A DNA stretch of 64,000 bases from Candidatus Woesearchaeota archaeon (GCA_964448605.1 CAYUZV010000001.1:8693-72692), one strand, 5' to 3'. Positions 37,198 to 46,682 are shown, counted from the stretch's first letter. Notes: generated from the sequence alone by a model not told the origin. Numbers and translations are program-made.

Positions 37198-38502
37198 ATG
37201 GTAAAAGAGATAATAAAAGCAAAAAGTTTCGCAGTAGTAGGTGCTTCTGATGATGGGAGGAAGGTTGGACATATTGTTTTTAAAAATTTGTTTGATAAAA
37301 GGGTTAAAGTTTATCCTGTGAATAATAAGGGCGGGGAAGTTTTAGGAGAGAAATGTTTTAAGAATCTTAGAGAGATTAATGAAAAAGTTGATTGTGTGAT
37401 TGTTGCTATTCCTTCTAAATTTGTTTTGGAAGTTTTAAAAGAAGCAGGAGAAAATAAAATAAAAAATATTGTGATTATTAGTGCTGGTTTTTCTGAATCA
37501 GGTGATGGTGAGTTGAGTGAAGAGGTTGAGAAAGTTGCTAAAAAGTATGATTTGAAGATTGTTGGTCCAAATACTCTGGGTTTTATTAATCCTTATACAA
37601 ATGTTAATGCGAGTTTTTTTGATGGAAGGATTGTTAAAGGAGATGTAGCTTTTTTGAGTCAGTCAGGTGCAATTGGAGTTGGTGTTTTGGATAAGGGTGT
37701 TGGGTTATCTGGTTTTGTTTCATTGGGAAATTCTTTGATAAATGATGTTAGTGATTTTATTGAGTATTATGGTAAAGATGAGAATACTAAAAAGATTGCT
37801 GTTTATTTGGAGTCTTTGGGTGTTGGTTGTGGTAAAAGATTTATTGATGTTTGTAAAAAATGTGAGAAACCAATTTATATTTTGAAGGCAGGTAAGAGTT
37901 CTGAAGGGCAGAAGGCAGCGAGTTCTCATACTGCTGCACTTGCTTCTGAAAAAGGAATTTATGAAGGTGTTTTTAAGCAGTGTGGAATCAAGGAAGTTGA
38001 TTCTATTTCAGAGTTGTTTGGTTTTAATTTTGAAAGAGTTGAGGGAGACTTTAAGGTTAAGGGCAATCGGAGTTTGATTATTACAAATGCAGGAGGTTTG
38101 GGTGTTTTGGTTTCTGATTATTGTTCTGAAAATGGAATTGAGATTTCTGATTTGCCTTCTGATATTAAGGTTGAGCTTGGGAAAGTTTTACCTCGTGCAT
38201 GGAGTAAAGGAAATCCTATTGATGTTTTAGGTGATGCACAGGCAGATAGGTTTGAAAAAAGTTTTGAGATTTTGGAAAAAGGTGATTTTTTTGATTTTTA
38301 TATTGTTCTTTTAACTCCTCAATATATGACAGAACCTGAAAAAACTGCTGAAATTTTATTAGATTTGAAAAAGCCAGTTGTTGCTTGTTTTTTAGGTGGT
38401 GAGAAAGTTGTTAGTGCTTTTGGGGTTTTGAAGGGCAAGATTCCTGTTTTTAAGGAGCCGAAGGAGATGTGTGAGTGGGTTGGGAGAAAAATCATTCTCT
38501 AA
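37198..38502 (+). CDS. acdA: Acetate--CoA ligase (ADP-forming) alpha subunit
   Basis: AVVGAS, GPN.LG, SQSGA, SHT, TNAGG and NP.D..GDA motifs. Confidence 0.9.
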   Translation: MVKEIIKAKSFAVVGASDDGRKVGHIVFKNLFDKRVKVYPVNNKGGEVLGEKCFKNLREINEKVDCVIVAIPSKFVLEVLKEAGENKIKNIVIISAGFSESGDGELSEEVEKVAKKYDLKIVGPNTLGFINPYTNVNASFFDGRIVKGDVAFLSQSGAIGVGVLDKGVGLSGFVSLGNSLINDVSDFIEYYGKDENTKKIAVYLESLGVGCGKRFIDVCKKCEKPIYILKAGKSSEGQKAASSHTAALASEKGIYEGVFKQCGIKEVDSISELFGFNFERVEGDFKVKGNRSLIITNAGGLGVLVSDYCSENGIEISDLPSDIKVELGKVLPRAWSKGNPIDVLGDAQADRFEKSFEILEKGDFFDFYIVLLTPQYMTEPEKTAEILLDLKKPVVACFLGGEKVVSAFGVLKGKIPVFKEPKEMCEWVGRKIIL

Positions 38503-39058
38503 AAAGATATTCTCCACTTTGCTCATAAAAAATTTCTCCTTTAAACTGCTCTCCTTCCTGATATAATGGAGATTGATAGGCTTGATTTAAAACTGATGCT
38601 ACTTCGTCAGCAGTTTGTTTATTTGTTGAGTTAGGATAAGTTGCTTCCATAACATACTTAGTCCCGCTTTCCTTACCGATATCAATTATTTGGACAAGTC
38701 TAGCAAATCTTGAAAAATTTTCATCTAAATCTATTTCATCTTTTATTGCACGAATAACTGAAGAATATTCGCTATTAAATGAGTTCCCTTCAGAAGCAGA
38801 TTTTGCTATACTCATCAAACTTTCATCAGGGTTTTCTGTTAAAGAAAGCTCTAATTCAGAAGGAGTCTTAACAGCAGTTCTAATATTGGGTAATTCTGCC
38901 TCAATTTGTTCATAATTAGCACTACAATCAAAAAATGCATATGCCTTACCTATCTTTGCAGATTTTCTTGCATCATAGTCTTTTTTGCTAGGATGAACTA
39001 CATTGCCTTGTCTATCAACAAAAGACATATCTCTTGGAAATTCTTTTTTATTTGTCAT
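38492..39058 (-). CDS. Hypothetical protein, compositionally atypical
   Basis: 188-aa ORF between acdA and acdB. Confidence 0.65.
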   Translation of the reverse strand: MTNKKEFPRDMSFVDRQGNVVHPSKKDYDARKSAKIGKAYAFFDCSANYEQIEAELPNIRTAVKTPSELELSLTENPDESLMSIAKSASEGNSFNSEYSSVIRAIKDEIDLDENFSRFARLVQIIDIGKESGTKYVMEATYPNSTNKQTADEVASVLNQAYQSPLYQEGEQFKGEIFYEQSGEYLFRE

Positions 39059-39122
39059 ATTTTATATACGCATAACTACTATTTAAACCTTTCCTTTTGT
39101 AACTACTTGATAATTAAAACAT

Positions 39123-39683
39123 TTATCCACTCCTTGCATCAACAATAATCGCCTTGTCTTTTGTAAGAATTACAGGATTTAAATCTAATTCATTAAAATT
39201 TAATTTAGATATTTTGTATGCAAGTTCTGTGAATTTGGTTAGGGGTTGAGTTTTGTTTTTTATTTGATTGTAGTTTTTGAGTTGTTCTATTGCTTGTTTT
39301 ATTTCTTCTTTGTTTATTGGAATCGCTCTGAATTCAACATCTTTTTTTTCTTCAATACTTGAACCTCCAAAACCTATCATTAACATTTTTCCAAAAACTT
39401 TATTTTCTTTTATTCCAATAACCATTTCTGTCCCTTTAATTTCTTTCTGAATTATTATATTTGTTTTTGGAAATTTTTCTTTTAATTTTTTTAGATTTTT
39501 TGTTGCTTCTTTTTGATTGTTTATTTTTATTACCCCTCCTGATTTTAATTTGTGTTTTCCTGAATCTATTTTCATGTAATAAGGAGTTGGAATTTTGCTT
39601 AGGTCTTTTTCTGATTTTATTAATAGAGTTTTAGCTAAAGGTAGATTTTTTAGTTTGTTGAATGTTTGAAGTAGTGTTTCCAT
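39123..39683 (-). CDS. acdB: Acetate--CoA ligase beta (ATP-grasp) subunit
   Basis: HK…GGV, E..IG…FG….G.GG, ELDLNP and DAR motifs. Confidence 0.85.
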   Translation of the reverse strand: METLLQTFNKLKNLPLAKTLLIKSEKDLSKIPTPYYMKIDSGKHKLKSGGVIKINNQKEATKNLKKLKEKFPKTNIIIQKEIKGTEMVIGIKENKVFGKMLMIGFGGSSIEEKKDVEFRAIPINKEEIKQAIEQLKNYNQIKNKTQPLTKFTELAYKISKLNFNELDLNPVILTKDKAIIVDARSG

Positions 39684-39742
39684 TTTTTATTAAAGTATTT
39701 TTATTATATAAATATTTATAAGTTTAGATATTTTAATATTTA

Positions 39743-40063
39743 ATGGAAGAGAGATATTTTATGCCTTTAATTAGGAGAGAGGGTAATGAGGATTTTGAAT
39801 CTGTTTGGAGTTATTGTGTTAGAGTGGATTTGCCTTGGATGTATGGTGCAAGTTCTGAAGATGCTGTTGAATGTGCAAAAGATATTATTGATGTTCTTTC
39901 TTCTAAGAGCAATGATGATTTTAACATAGGAGATGTGATTGAATATGGTTCAAAAGATGTGACACATTTGGTTAAGGATGGATTTTTTGAAGGTAGGAGA
40001 TTGGTTACATATGGAGAGGTTGATAAAGAAATGATTGAAATGGGTTTTGTTTTAAGGGATTAA
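39743..40063 (+). CDS. Hypothetical protein
   Basis: ORF after a TATA box. Confidence 0.55.
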   Translation: MEERYFMPLIRREGNEDFESVWSYCVRVDLPWMYGASSEDAVECAKDIIDVLSSKSNDDFNIGDVIEYGSKDVTHLVKDGFFEGRRLVTYGEVDKEMIEMGFVLRD

Positions 40064-40064
40064 T

Positions 40065-40493
40065 TCACTTCAAAATTTTATTAAAATATCTTAAACATTT
40101 TCTTTGGTTAGTCCAGGTTAAAAGTTTAAGTGCTGTTTTATAATCAACCCATTTATAATTTGAATGTTCTTTTTTGTCTATTTTTATTTTTTCTGTTTTT
40201 ATTTCTGCTGAATAAAGTATGTATGACTGGTGAGTTATGTTTGGTCTGTCTGTTAATTTTTTGTCGTATTTGTATTTTCCTTTTAGTTTGGAATTTTTTA
40301 TGTTGATTGGTTTTTGCCCTGTTTCTTCTTTTACTTCTCTTTTTAATGCTTTAAGTATAGATTCGTTTTTTTCAATTCCTCCTTTTAGTAATTCCCAGCC
40401 CTTCCAATGAAGTTTTCTTTTTAGTAAAAGATATTTTATTTTATTTTTTTCTTTTCTGTATATTATACAAAAAAAACCTTTTCTTGTTTTCAT
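40065..40493 (-). CDS. Nudix hydrolase
   Basis: GGIE..E….AL.REV.EETG. Confidence 0.9.
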   Translation of the reverse strand: MKTRKGFFCIIYRKEKNKIKYLLLKRKLHWKGWELLKGGIEKNESILKALKREVKEETGQKPINIKNSKLKGKYKYDKKLTDRPNITHQSYILYSAEIKTEKIKIDKKEHSNYKWVDYKTALKLLTWTNQRKCLRYFNKILK

Positions 40494-40580
40494 GGTTGAA
40501 AATAGTTGTAGAGGATTATAAAGTTAATTGTTGAAGGGAATTACGCAAAGATTTAATAATCTAAGAGTTTAATATTTAAG

Positions 40581-41126
40581 ATGGGAAAAAGGTTTCGGAG
40601 ATTTATTTTTACATTGCTTTTGTTAGTTGGACTGATTATTTGTCTGTTGAATTACAATTTTTTGTCTAGTTTTGCAGAGAATTATTTGGAGACACAGATT
40701 GAGAATCTTGGTTATCTTGGAGTTATTTTTTCGGTTTTTGTTTTAGAGTTGATTCCTCAACCTTTTTTAAGTGCTTTGATTCCTTTTACAACAGGACTTT
40801 TGTTTAATCTTAATGCATATTATCTTCTTTTTATGGTGATTGTTACTTCAATAGTCGCGAATTATCTTGCTTATTTTCTTGGTTTTAGATATGGAGATTC
40901 AATTGCTAATTTTTTTGTAAGTGAAAAAAATTATGAGAAAACTACAAAGTGGTTTGATAAATATGGAAAAATTTCAATTACGATTTTGGCTTTGACACCT
41001 CTTCCTTATTTTCCGATTATGGGGGGTATTTTTAAAATGACTTTTAAGGAATTTACTACTTATGCGATTGTTCCAAGAATGTTTCATTTCATTATTTTTT
41101 CATCATTAATAATCTGGATATTGTAA
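40581..41126 (+). CDS. DedA/VTT-domain membrane protein
   Basis: Y.LG…G, WF.KYG, TPLP and G..KM.F..F motifs. Confidence 0.8.
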   Translation: MGKRFRRFIFTLLLLVGLIICLLNYNFLSSFAENYLETQIENLGYLGVIFSVFVLELIPQPFLSALIPFTTGLLFNLNAYYLLFMVIVTSIVANYLAYFLGFRYGDSIANFFVSEKNYEKTTKWFDKYGKISITILALTPLPYFPIMGGIFKMTFKEFTTYAIVPRMFHFIIFSSLIIWIL

Positions 41127-41187
41127 AAATATAAAAAGGAAGGAAAATATAAAATAAAATGAGATTAACAAAAAGACAAGGATATTT

Positions 41188-41436
41188 TTGATAGTTGTAA
41201 TTTTATTAGTTGGTTTGCTTATTTTTTTGTTGATAAATATGAGTTTGTTTTATAATAAAATTGATGTTTTTAAGGATGCTGAAAAGTGTTGCGAGTCTTT
41301 GGAAGAAGGTGAGGAATGTAGTTTTTATTTAGATGATAAATCAATAGAGGGTTTTTGTGAGAGAGGTAAGAAAGATGTTTTGATTTGTAAACCTCTGGAA
41401 CCTTCTCCCAATCTGGAGAGATTTTTTAGAAAGTAG
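41188..41436 (+). CDS. Small membrane-anchored Cys-rich protein (start possibly frameshifted)
   Basis: TM plus C…C.F…G.C…C.P; nearby ATG 41159 is out of frame. Confidence 0.5.
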   Translation: MIVVILLVGLLIFLLINMSLFYNKIDVFKDAEKCCESLEEGEECSFYLDDKSIEGFCERGKKDVLICKPLEPSPNLERFFRK

Positions 41437-41648
41437 ATTTTTAGTTTATCTTGTTATGGAGATGGAAAACTTAGAGAAGAATATGTATTTAGGATAGAGA
41501 TTTTGGTGATAGAATGAAGGGGCCAAGTGGTTTTTGAAAGGGTGAGTATCCTTGTAATTTTAAATAATTTTTTTTGTTTTGGAAATGGATTTGAAGTCTA
41601 TTTTTAAGAGGAGTAAGATTTAAATAAGGGTGTTTTTTTTGGAAGTTT

Positions 41649-42227
41649 ATGGCATCTCCAAGTTCTAATGGGAAAAGTAAAGTTGATTTTCTTTTGCATA
41701 GTTCTGGACCTCTTCCTAAGGATTATTTTAGGGAATTGGGCGATTATCTTAGGAGAGATGGTTTTAGATTGAAATTTTTTGATGGGAATTGTGATTCTGC
41801 AATTGAAAAGATTGAAAAATATAAGCCTAAAGCTGTTTATCTTAATGGGATTATTCATCAGGCATGTGAAATTGAATATTGTAATAGAGGAGTTTTTGGT
41901 GTTGAGAAGGCAAGTTGGAATTCAAGAAAACCAAGTAGGAAAAATTATGAATTAATAGATTCAGTATGGCAGAATAAATTAAAGTTTCCTGAAGTTGTAA
42001 AAGATGCTGCAAATACCTTGGATGTTGTTGATTTTTTACTTGAAAGAGATGCATTGGTTTTTTATAGTGATATGTGGAAAGGTAGACATTCTCCAATACC
42101 TCATTTGTCAACTTTAATTGGAAGAAGAAAGAGAGCTTTTTGCATTCCTTATAGAGATATTATGTTTTCTCCAGAAGAACTTTATTATTTTTTTACAGAT
42201 AATTTAGAAGTTTTTGAATCTGGTTAA
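41649..42227 (+). CDS. Hypothetical protein
   Basis: 192-aa ORF after TTTAAATA. Confidence 0.6.
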   Translation: MASPSSNGKSKVDFLLHSSGPLPKDYFRELGDYLRRDGFRLKFFDGNCDSAIEKIEKYKPKAVYLNGIIHQACEIEYCNRGVFGVEKASWNSRKPSRKNYELIDSVWQNKLKFPEVVKDAANTLDVVDFLLERDALVFYSDMWKGRHSPIPHLSTLIGRRKRAFCIPYRDIMFSPEELYYFFTDNLEVFESG

Positions 42228-42237
42228 ATATTAAACA

Positions 42238-42345
42238 TAGAGAAATCTCTCATTTTTAAGTGAGGGTGAGGAATTTCTCTAGCATCACAAAACCCTAAAC
42301 AAACCCCTGCCTTTTGGTTGGGGTTGAAACTGAAGGTTTTGTGAT
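42238..42345. repeat. Two adjacent long hairpins
   Basis: TAGAGAAAT/ATTTCTCTA; ATCACAAAACC/GGTTTTGTGAT enclosing AACCCC/GGGGTT. Confidence 0.5.
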
Positions 42346-42568
42346 ATTTAGATTTTATTTTAGCTTAGAAAAAGTATGGATAAAATGCTCTGATTCCTAA
42401 TGTTAGTGCAATTAATCTAATTATGAATGGTTATTTTTTCTTTTTGTTCTTTTTTTGAGAATTCTTATTCATCTTTTTGCTTGTATTTTTTCAATTGATG
42501 AACTCATTGCAATTAGATATTTCAAAAAGATTTAAAAGTATTTTGTTTTTGTTATAAGTGAGGTGAAA

Positions 42569-43573
42569 ATGAAAAAGAGGAAGTTTTATCATCCCAGAGG
42601 GAAATTGCTTTGGGATATTTGGTTTTTGAGAGATAAGAATGGATTTGATATGTTTCATCTTCAGAACAATATGAGTATTGCGAAGAAGGAAAAGAATCGT
42701 ATAAATGGTGTTTCAGTTGGACATGCTTTTTCAAAAAATTTGATTAAATGGAAAGAGTTTCCTAGTGCATTAGAGCCAGGTGAAAAGGGTGAGTGGGATG
42801 ATTTGTCAATTTGGACTGGAAGTGCAATAAAGAAAGGTAAAAAATGTTATATGTTTTATACTGGAAGAGGGAGTCGAAGGAAAGAGGAATGGGTGCAGAG
42901 AATAGGGTTGGCGATTTCAAAAAATAAAAAAGATTGGGAAAAATATTCTGGAAATCCTGTTTTAAAAGCAGATGGAAAATATTATTCAACTTCTAAGATG
43001 AAAAATCGATTAAGGAAAATTCCTGCATTTAGAGACCCTTATGTTTTTAAGGATCCTAAATCTAAAAAGTTTTACATGATATTTTTTGCTCGTAAGAGAG
43101 GTTTTAAATCTGTTTATAATGCTTGTATTGGTATTGCAGAGTCAGAGAATTTGATTAATTGGAAGTTAAAAAAACCAATTTTGTCTCCTGGAAGATATGA
43201 TGAAATGGAATGTCCTCAAATGGTTGTTCATAAAGGTAAATATTATGTTTTCTTTTTGGTTCCTTGGGAAATTTGTTATGAGCCTCGTTGGGGAGAAGAG
43301 AATGGAGCTTTTCCTGGATTGCATTGTTATGTTGCAAATTCTCTTTTTGGAGAATATAAACCTGTTAATGTTAATGGAGTTGTCATAAGTAATGGAAGAT
43401 ATATTTATGGAACAAGATTGCTTAAAAATAAAAGAGATGTTTATACTGCAATTGGATGGTATAATCTTGATAATGAAAGTAATTTTATTGGGAAACTTTC
43501 TCATCCTTATGAAATTGTCATTAAAGGAATGAGTGTTAAAAAGAGAGAGATTGAGTTAACAAAAAGTTTTTAA
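42569..43573 (+). CDS. GH32/clan-J beta-fructofuranosidase-like hydrolase
   Basis: WD, WTGS, FRDP and ECP catalytic motifs. Confidence 0.8.
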   Translation: MKKRKFYHPRGKLLWDIWFLRDKNGFDMFHLQNNMSIAKKEKNRINGVSVGHAFSKNLIKWKEFPSALEPGEKGEWDDLSIWTGSAIKKGKKCYMFYTGRGSRRKEEWVQRIGLAISKNKKDWEKYSGNPVLKADGKYYSTSKMKNRLRKIPAFRDPYVFKDPKSKKFYMIFFARKRGFKSVYNACIGIAESENLINWKLKKPILSPGRYDEMECPQMVVHKGKYYVFFLVPWEICYEPRWGEENGAFPGLHCYVANSLFGEYKPVNVNGVVISNGRYIYGTRLLKNKRDVYTAIGWYNLDNESNFIGKLSHPYEIVIKGMSVKKREIELTKSF

Positions 43574-43606
43574 ATGAAATTTTATTATATTTAAAAAAGG
43601 TGTAAA

Positions 43607-44209
43607 ATGATTCAGTATATAATAGCTTTTTTAGTGATGTTAAATCCTTTTGCAATGTTTCTTTATCTTCGTCCTGTTATGAAAGAATTGGATGATAAAA
43701 CTTTTTATAAAGTTTTGTGGAAAGCGAGTTTTATTTCTTTTATAATTTTTGCTTTGTTTTTATTTTCTGGAAATTTTCTTTTTGAAAATGTATTTCATAT
43801 TAATTTTGAATCATTTAGAGTTTTTGGGGGGATAATTATTTTTTCATTTTCTTATTTGTTTATTGTTGGTGGTAGAAAAGCATTGGTTCAGTTGAAAGAG
43901 GATTTGGATGATTTAGCTTCAGAGATTGCTCTGCCTTTTATGATTGGGGCTGGAACAATTTCTTTGACACTTTTAATGGCTTATGAAATTAGTATGATGG
44001 CTGCTTTTTTGGGAATTATTTTAATTTTGTCTTTGAATTTTTTGACTATTGGTTTTTTGAAATTTTTCAAGGATCATATAAGGTCTAAAAATTTCCAGAT
44101 TGCTTTTGATAAAAATATGGAATTGTTATTAAGATTGAATGGTTTTTTTCTTGGTGCTATTGGTATTAATATGATTGTTACTGGATTGAATAATTTGGGT
44201 GTTTTTTAG
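43607..44209 (+). CDS. marC: MarC-family membrane protein
   Basis: LNPF, SFR.FGG, P…G.GT and R..G..L.AIG motifs. Confidence 0.85.
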   Translation: MIQYIIAFLVMLNPFAMFLYLRPVMKELDDKTFYKVLWKASFISFIIFALFLFSGNFLFENVFHINFESFRVFGGIIIFSFSYLFIVGGRKALVQLKEDLDDLASEIALPFMIGAGTISLTLLMAYEISMMAAFLGIILILSLNFLTIGFLKFFKDHIRSKNFQIAFDKNMELLLRLNGFFLGAIGINMIVTGLNNLGVF

Positions 44210-44327
44210 TTTAGAAGCGAAAGGATATATTTTTTGCATCTAAATTTTGAAAGTATTCTTTGATAAATATTTTTTAATAGCAAGGTTTATATGCTTTGAA
44301 TTTAGAATTATTTAGGGGGAAATTCAA

Positions 44328-44417
44328 ATGCCAAGAAATAGAGTTACAAGAAAGGTTAAGGCTCGGAGTAAGCAGGCTCAGAGACGGAAGTCTAAATTGA
44401 GAAAGTTAAAGAAGTGA
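44328..44417 (+). CDS. 29-aa highly basic peptide (MPRNRVTRKVKARSKQAQRRKSKLRKLKK)
   Basis: TTTATAT promoter, AGGGGG SD, ATG…TGA. Confidence 0.6.
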   Translation: MPRNRVTRKVKARSKQAQRRKSKLRKLKK

Positions 44418-44493
44418 TTTATAAAGTTTTTAAAATGAGTAGTTTTTTTGATGGTAGAGTTGCAAAAATTTTGTAGTTAATAGAAAATAATAA

Positions 44494-44853
44494 TCAATAC
44501 AATGAGGCAAGATATTTTGGTAAATTTTCATTTTGAGCGAGTAATTTTTGTGTAATAGTTTCTTGCCGAGCAGGTCTAGTTCCAACTGCTGTTTTAACAT
44601 CGCCAGTGATAACTTTACCCTCAGCAACATAAGTAACTCTTTGATTGACTAATTCACTTCCAATATATGCACGAAAATCAATTGGAATTGTCTTACCCCT
44701 ATCAGTTAGTATTTCTAATTTAGTAGTAATTCTTGTATCTTTTAAAGAATGTCCAGAAGGACCTGTTGTAGAGTTATGATATGTTTCATAGGATATTATT
44801 CTTTTTAATAAACCTGTTACACTAAATTTCTCAGGTATTTCTTGTTCAGTCAT
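44494..44853 (-). CDS. Hypothetical protein
   Basis: 119-aa ORF, atypical composition. Confidence 0.55.
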   Translation of the reverse strand: MTEQEIPEKFSVTGLLKRIISYETYHNSTTGPSGHSLKDTRITTKLEILTDRGKTIPIDFRAYIGSELVNQRVTYVAEGKVITGDVKTAVGTRPARQETITQKLLAQNENLPKYLASLY

Positions 44854-44941
44854 CTCAATATAATTTAAACAGAATTTTTAAAGATTTATATACTTTGTAA
44901 TATTATTAAAATTCAGTAAGCTCTACAAAATATAGACCTTC

Positions 44942-44980
44942 TTGCTAAGATAGGTTACAGAAATGTAACACTTAGTAGAT
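44942..44980 (+). repeat. tRNA-Ser anticodon-loop junction J1 (very degenerate 5' half)
   Basis: TTGCTAA-N20-CACTTAGTAG. Confidence 0.5.
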
Positions 44981-44981
44981 T

Positions 44982-45239
44982 TTATTTCAACATCTTCTTT
45001 AAATCAGGTAATTGTTCTTCAATAAATTCTATTATTTCTTTTTTGTATTTTGTATTCAAAGATATCCCAGTATAATTTGGTTTCTTTTTGATTAATAGCC
45101 AACCCATCTTATTTAACTCTTTTATTATTTTATCTAGATTTTGAAATCTTCTGAAATGTTCTAATCTATCATATTTTGCTCCCCAGTTCTTTTTTGAAAA
45201 TGCTAGTTTAAACATTAATTTCGCTTTCTCTTTTTCCAT
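44982..45239 (-). CDS. Small wHTH-like protein
   Basis: W..KY…L.K.GWL..K….ISLN pattern. Confidence 0.55.
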   Translation of the reverse strand: MEKEKAKLMFKLAFSKKNWGAKYDRLEHFRRFQNLDKIIKELNKMGWLLIKKKPNYTGISLNTKYKKEIIEFIEEQLPDLKKMLK

Positions 45240-45260
45240 TATTTTGGCAAGTTTTGATAT

Positions 45261-45317
45261 TATTTAAATATTTCTCATCTTGATAGTTTAAATGTTTAAA
45301 AGAGAAATATTTAAATA
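45261..45317. promoter_or_regulatory. Mirror-image divergent promoters
   Basis: Perfect 16-bp inverted repeat TATTTAAATATTTCTC / GAGAAATATTTAAATA. Confidence 0.55.
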
Positions 45318-45365
45318 GTTTAAATAATTTGAATATCCATAAAAGTTTGAATTGAGTGAAATAAG

Positions 45366-45716
45366 ATGGAAAAAAGCCAATCTGCATTTTTAGAATATTT
45401 TGGAGATACTCCTAAATTGAGATTTTTAGATTTCTTAATTGGAAATCATTTTTTTGATTTCAATATGACTGATATGGCTAGAGAGGCAAATATTAGTTAT
45501 AATTCTCTTATAAGTTTTTTTGATGAGTTTTTAGAAAAAGGAATAATTATTAAGACAAGAAGAGTTGGAAAGTCTGATATGTATAAATTGAATTTAGATA
45601 ATTCTATTTCAAAGAGATTTTTACAATTTGCTTGGTTTTTGACTAAGCAGGATTTGGATGTTGGGAGTGATGATGATTCTTCTTTAGTTGATAATAGAGA
45701 AGTTGTTAGAGTTTAA
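45366..45716 (+). CDS. Winged-helix DNA-binding protein
   Basis: FGDTP..R.LDFL, D.AR…IS and TR.VG…MYKLN motifs. Confidence 0.75.
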   Translation: MEKSQSAFLEYFGDTPKLRFLDFLIGNHFFDFNMTDMAREANISYNSLISFFDEFLEKGIIIKTRRVGKSDMYKLNLDNSISKRFLQFAWFLTKQDLDVGSDDDSSLVDNREVVRV

Positions 45717-45731
45717 TGATTTTAAAAATTA

Positions 45732-45875
45732 AAATACCCCTTCGGCAAGTCAAACCTGCCGATAAAGGATTTGAACCTTGGGGAACCAGCAACATGGCAT
45801 TGGTTTATTTTTACCAGTTTATACCCTTAGCACATGGCTATTTAATTTTTTTACAGGGTGATGAGATTAAAAATC
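45732..45875 (-). ncRNA. Candidate structured ncRNA with a tRNA T-loop
   Basis: Minus-strand TATA at 45896-45903, two GC-CAUGU(U)-GC loop hairpins, AAGG-UUCAAAU-CCUU arm, CCCC/GGGG closing stem, U-tract. Confidence 0.45.
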
Positions 45876-45909
45876 TCGATTCATATTATGTTTAATATAT
45901 AAACTATGA

Positions 45910-46257
45910 TTAAGTCTGTATTGTTGGTGAGATTTTGCTAATTTCTTCTATTGATTTTAATGCTTCTTCTATTGCTTTAATCTGCTCGTTAAAAACAGCT
46001 TCTTTATCTTTTAATTGCTCCTGTGCATTTTCATATTCTTGAGAAGTTCTTTCTATTTCTATTTCTAATTTCCTTTGCTCTCTTTTAATATCTTCTTGAA
46101 TATCTTTTTTCCAGTTTTCTAAATCTTTTTTAAGTTTTTCAACATTCTGCTCTTTAGCAGTAACATTCTCCTTAAGTTTAGATTTACTACTCATTATTTC
46201 TAGTTTTCTGGTTGTTAATCTTTCAACTATACTATATCTTGATTGACTTTCTGCCAT
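45910..46257 (-). CDS. Coiled-coil hypothetical protein
   Basis: Heptad-rich 115-aa ORF. Confidence 0.7.
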   Translation of the reverse strand: MAESQSRYSIVERLTTRKLEIMSSKSKLKENVTAKEQNVEKLKKDLENWKKDIQEDIKREQRKLEIEIERTSQEYENAQEQLKDKEAVFNEQIKAIEEALKSIEEISKISPTIQT

Positions 46258-46423
46258 CTTAGATTTAGAGAAAATACCTTTTTAAAATTTTATGTTTTTG
46301 GGTTAGAGGTATTTTAATGTCACAGGAATTTTAGAATAGTGATACTCTACAATTGGCAAAATAGAATTATTGAAAGTTGTTGAAATAGGTAACCTTATAA
46401 ATTATTAAATATCTTTATATTTC

Positions 46424-46640
46424 GCTTCGCATACAGAGATTGAAAATCTCTGTCTTCTTGGTTCTTACGACCTTTGGATAAAGGTATTGCCGAGCAATTT
46501 GCAATTGACAATTTATGAGAATAACAATTGTAAATTGGGAGTAGAGCAAAAGCAATTTTACTAAAAACTCAATAATAAGAAATTGCTTTTGGGAGCAGGA
46601 TTGTTAAAATAGTAAGATAAAAATGGGCACTATGTTAAAA
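46424..46640 (+). repeat. tRNA-Ser 5'-half junction J2, interrupted by hairpin insertions
   Basis: TCGCAT…AAGGTATTGC…CAGGA TTGTTAA-N20-CACT. Confidence 0.45.
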
Positions 46641-46682
46641 ACAGATAATTATTTAAGGATTAGATTACTAATATTTTAGAAA

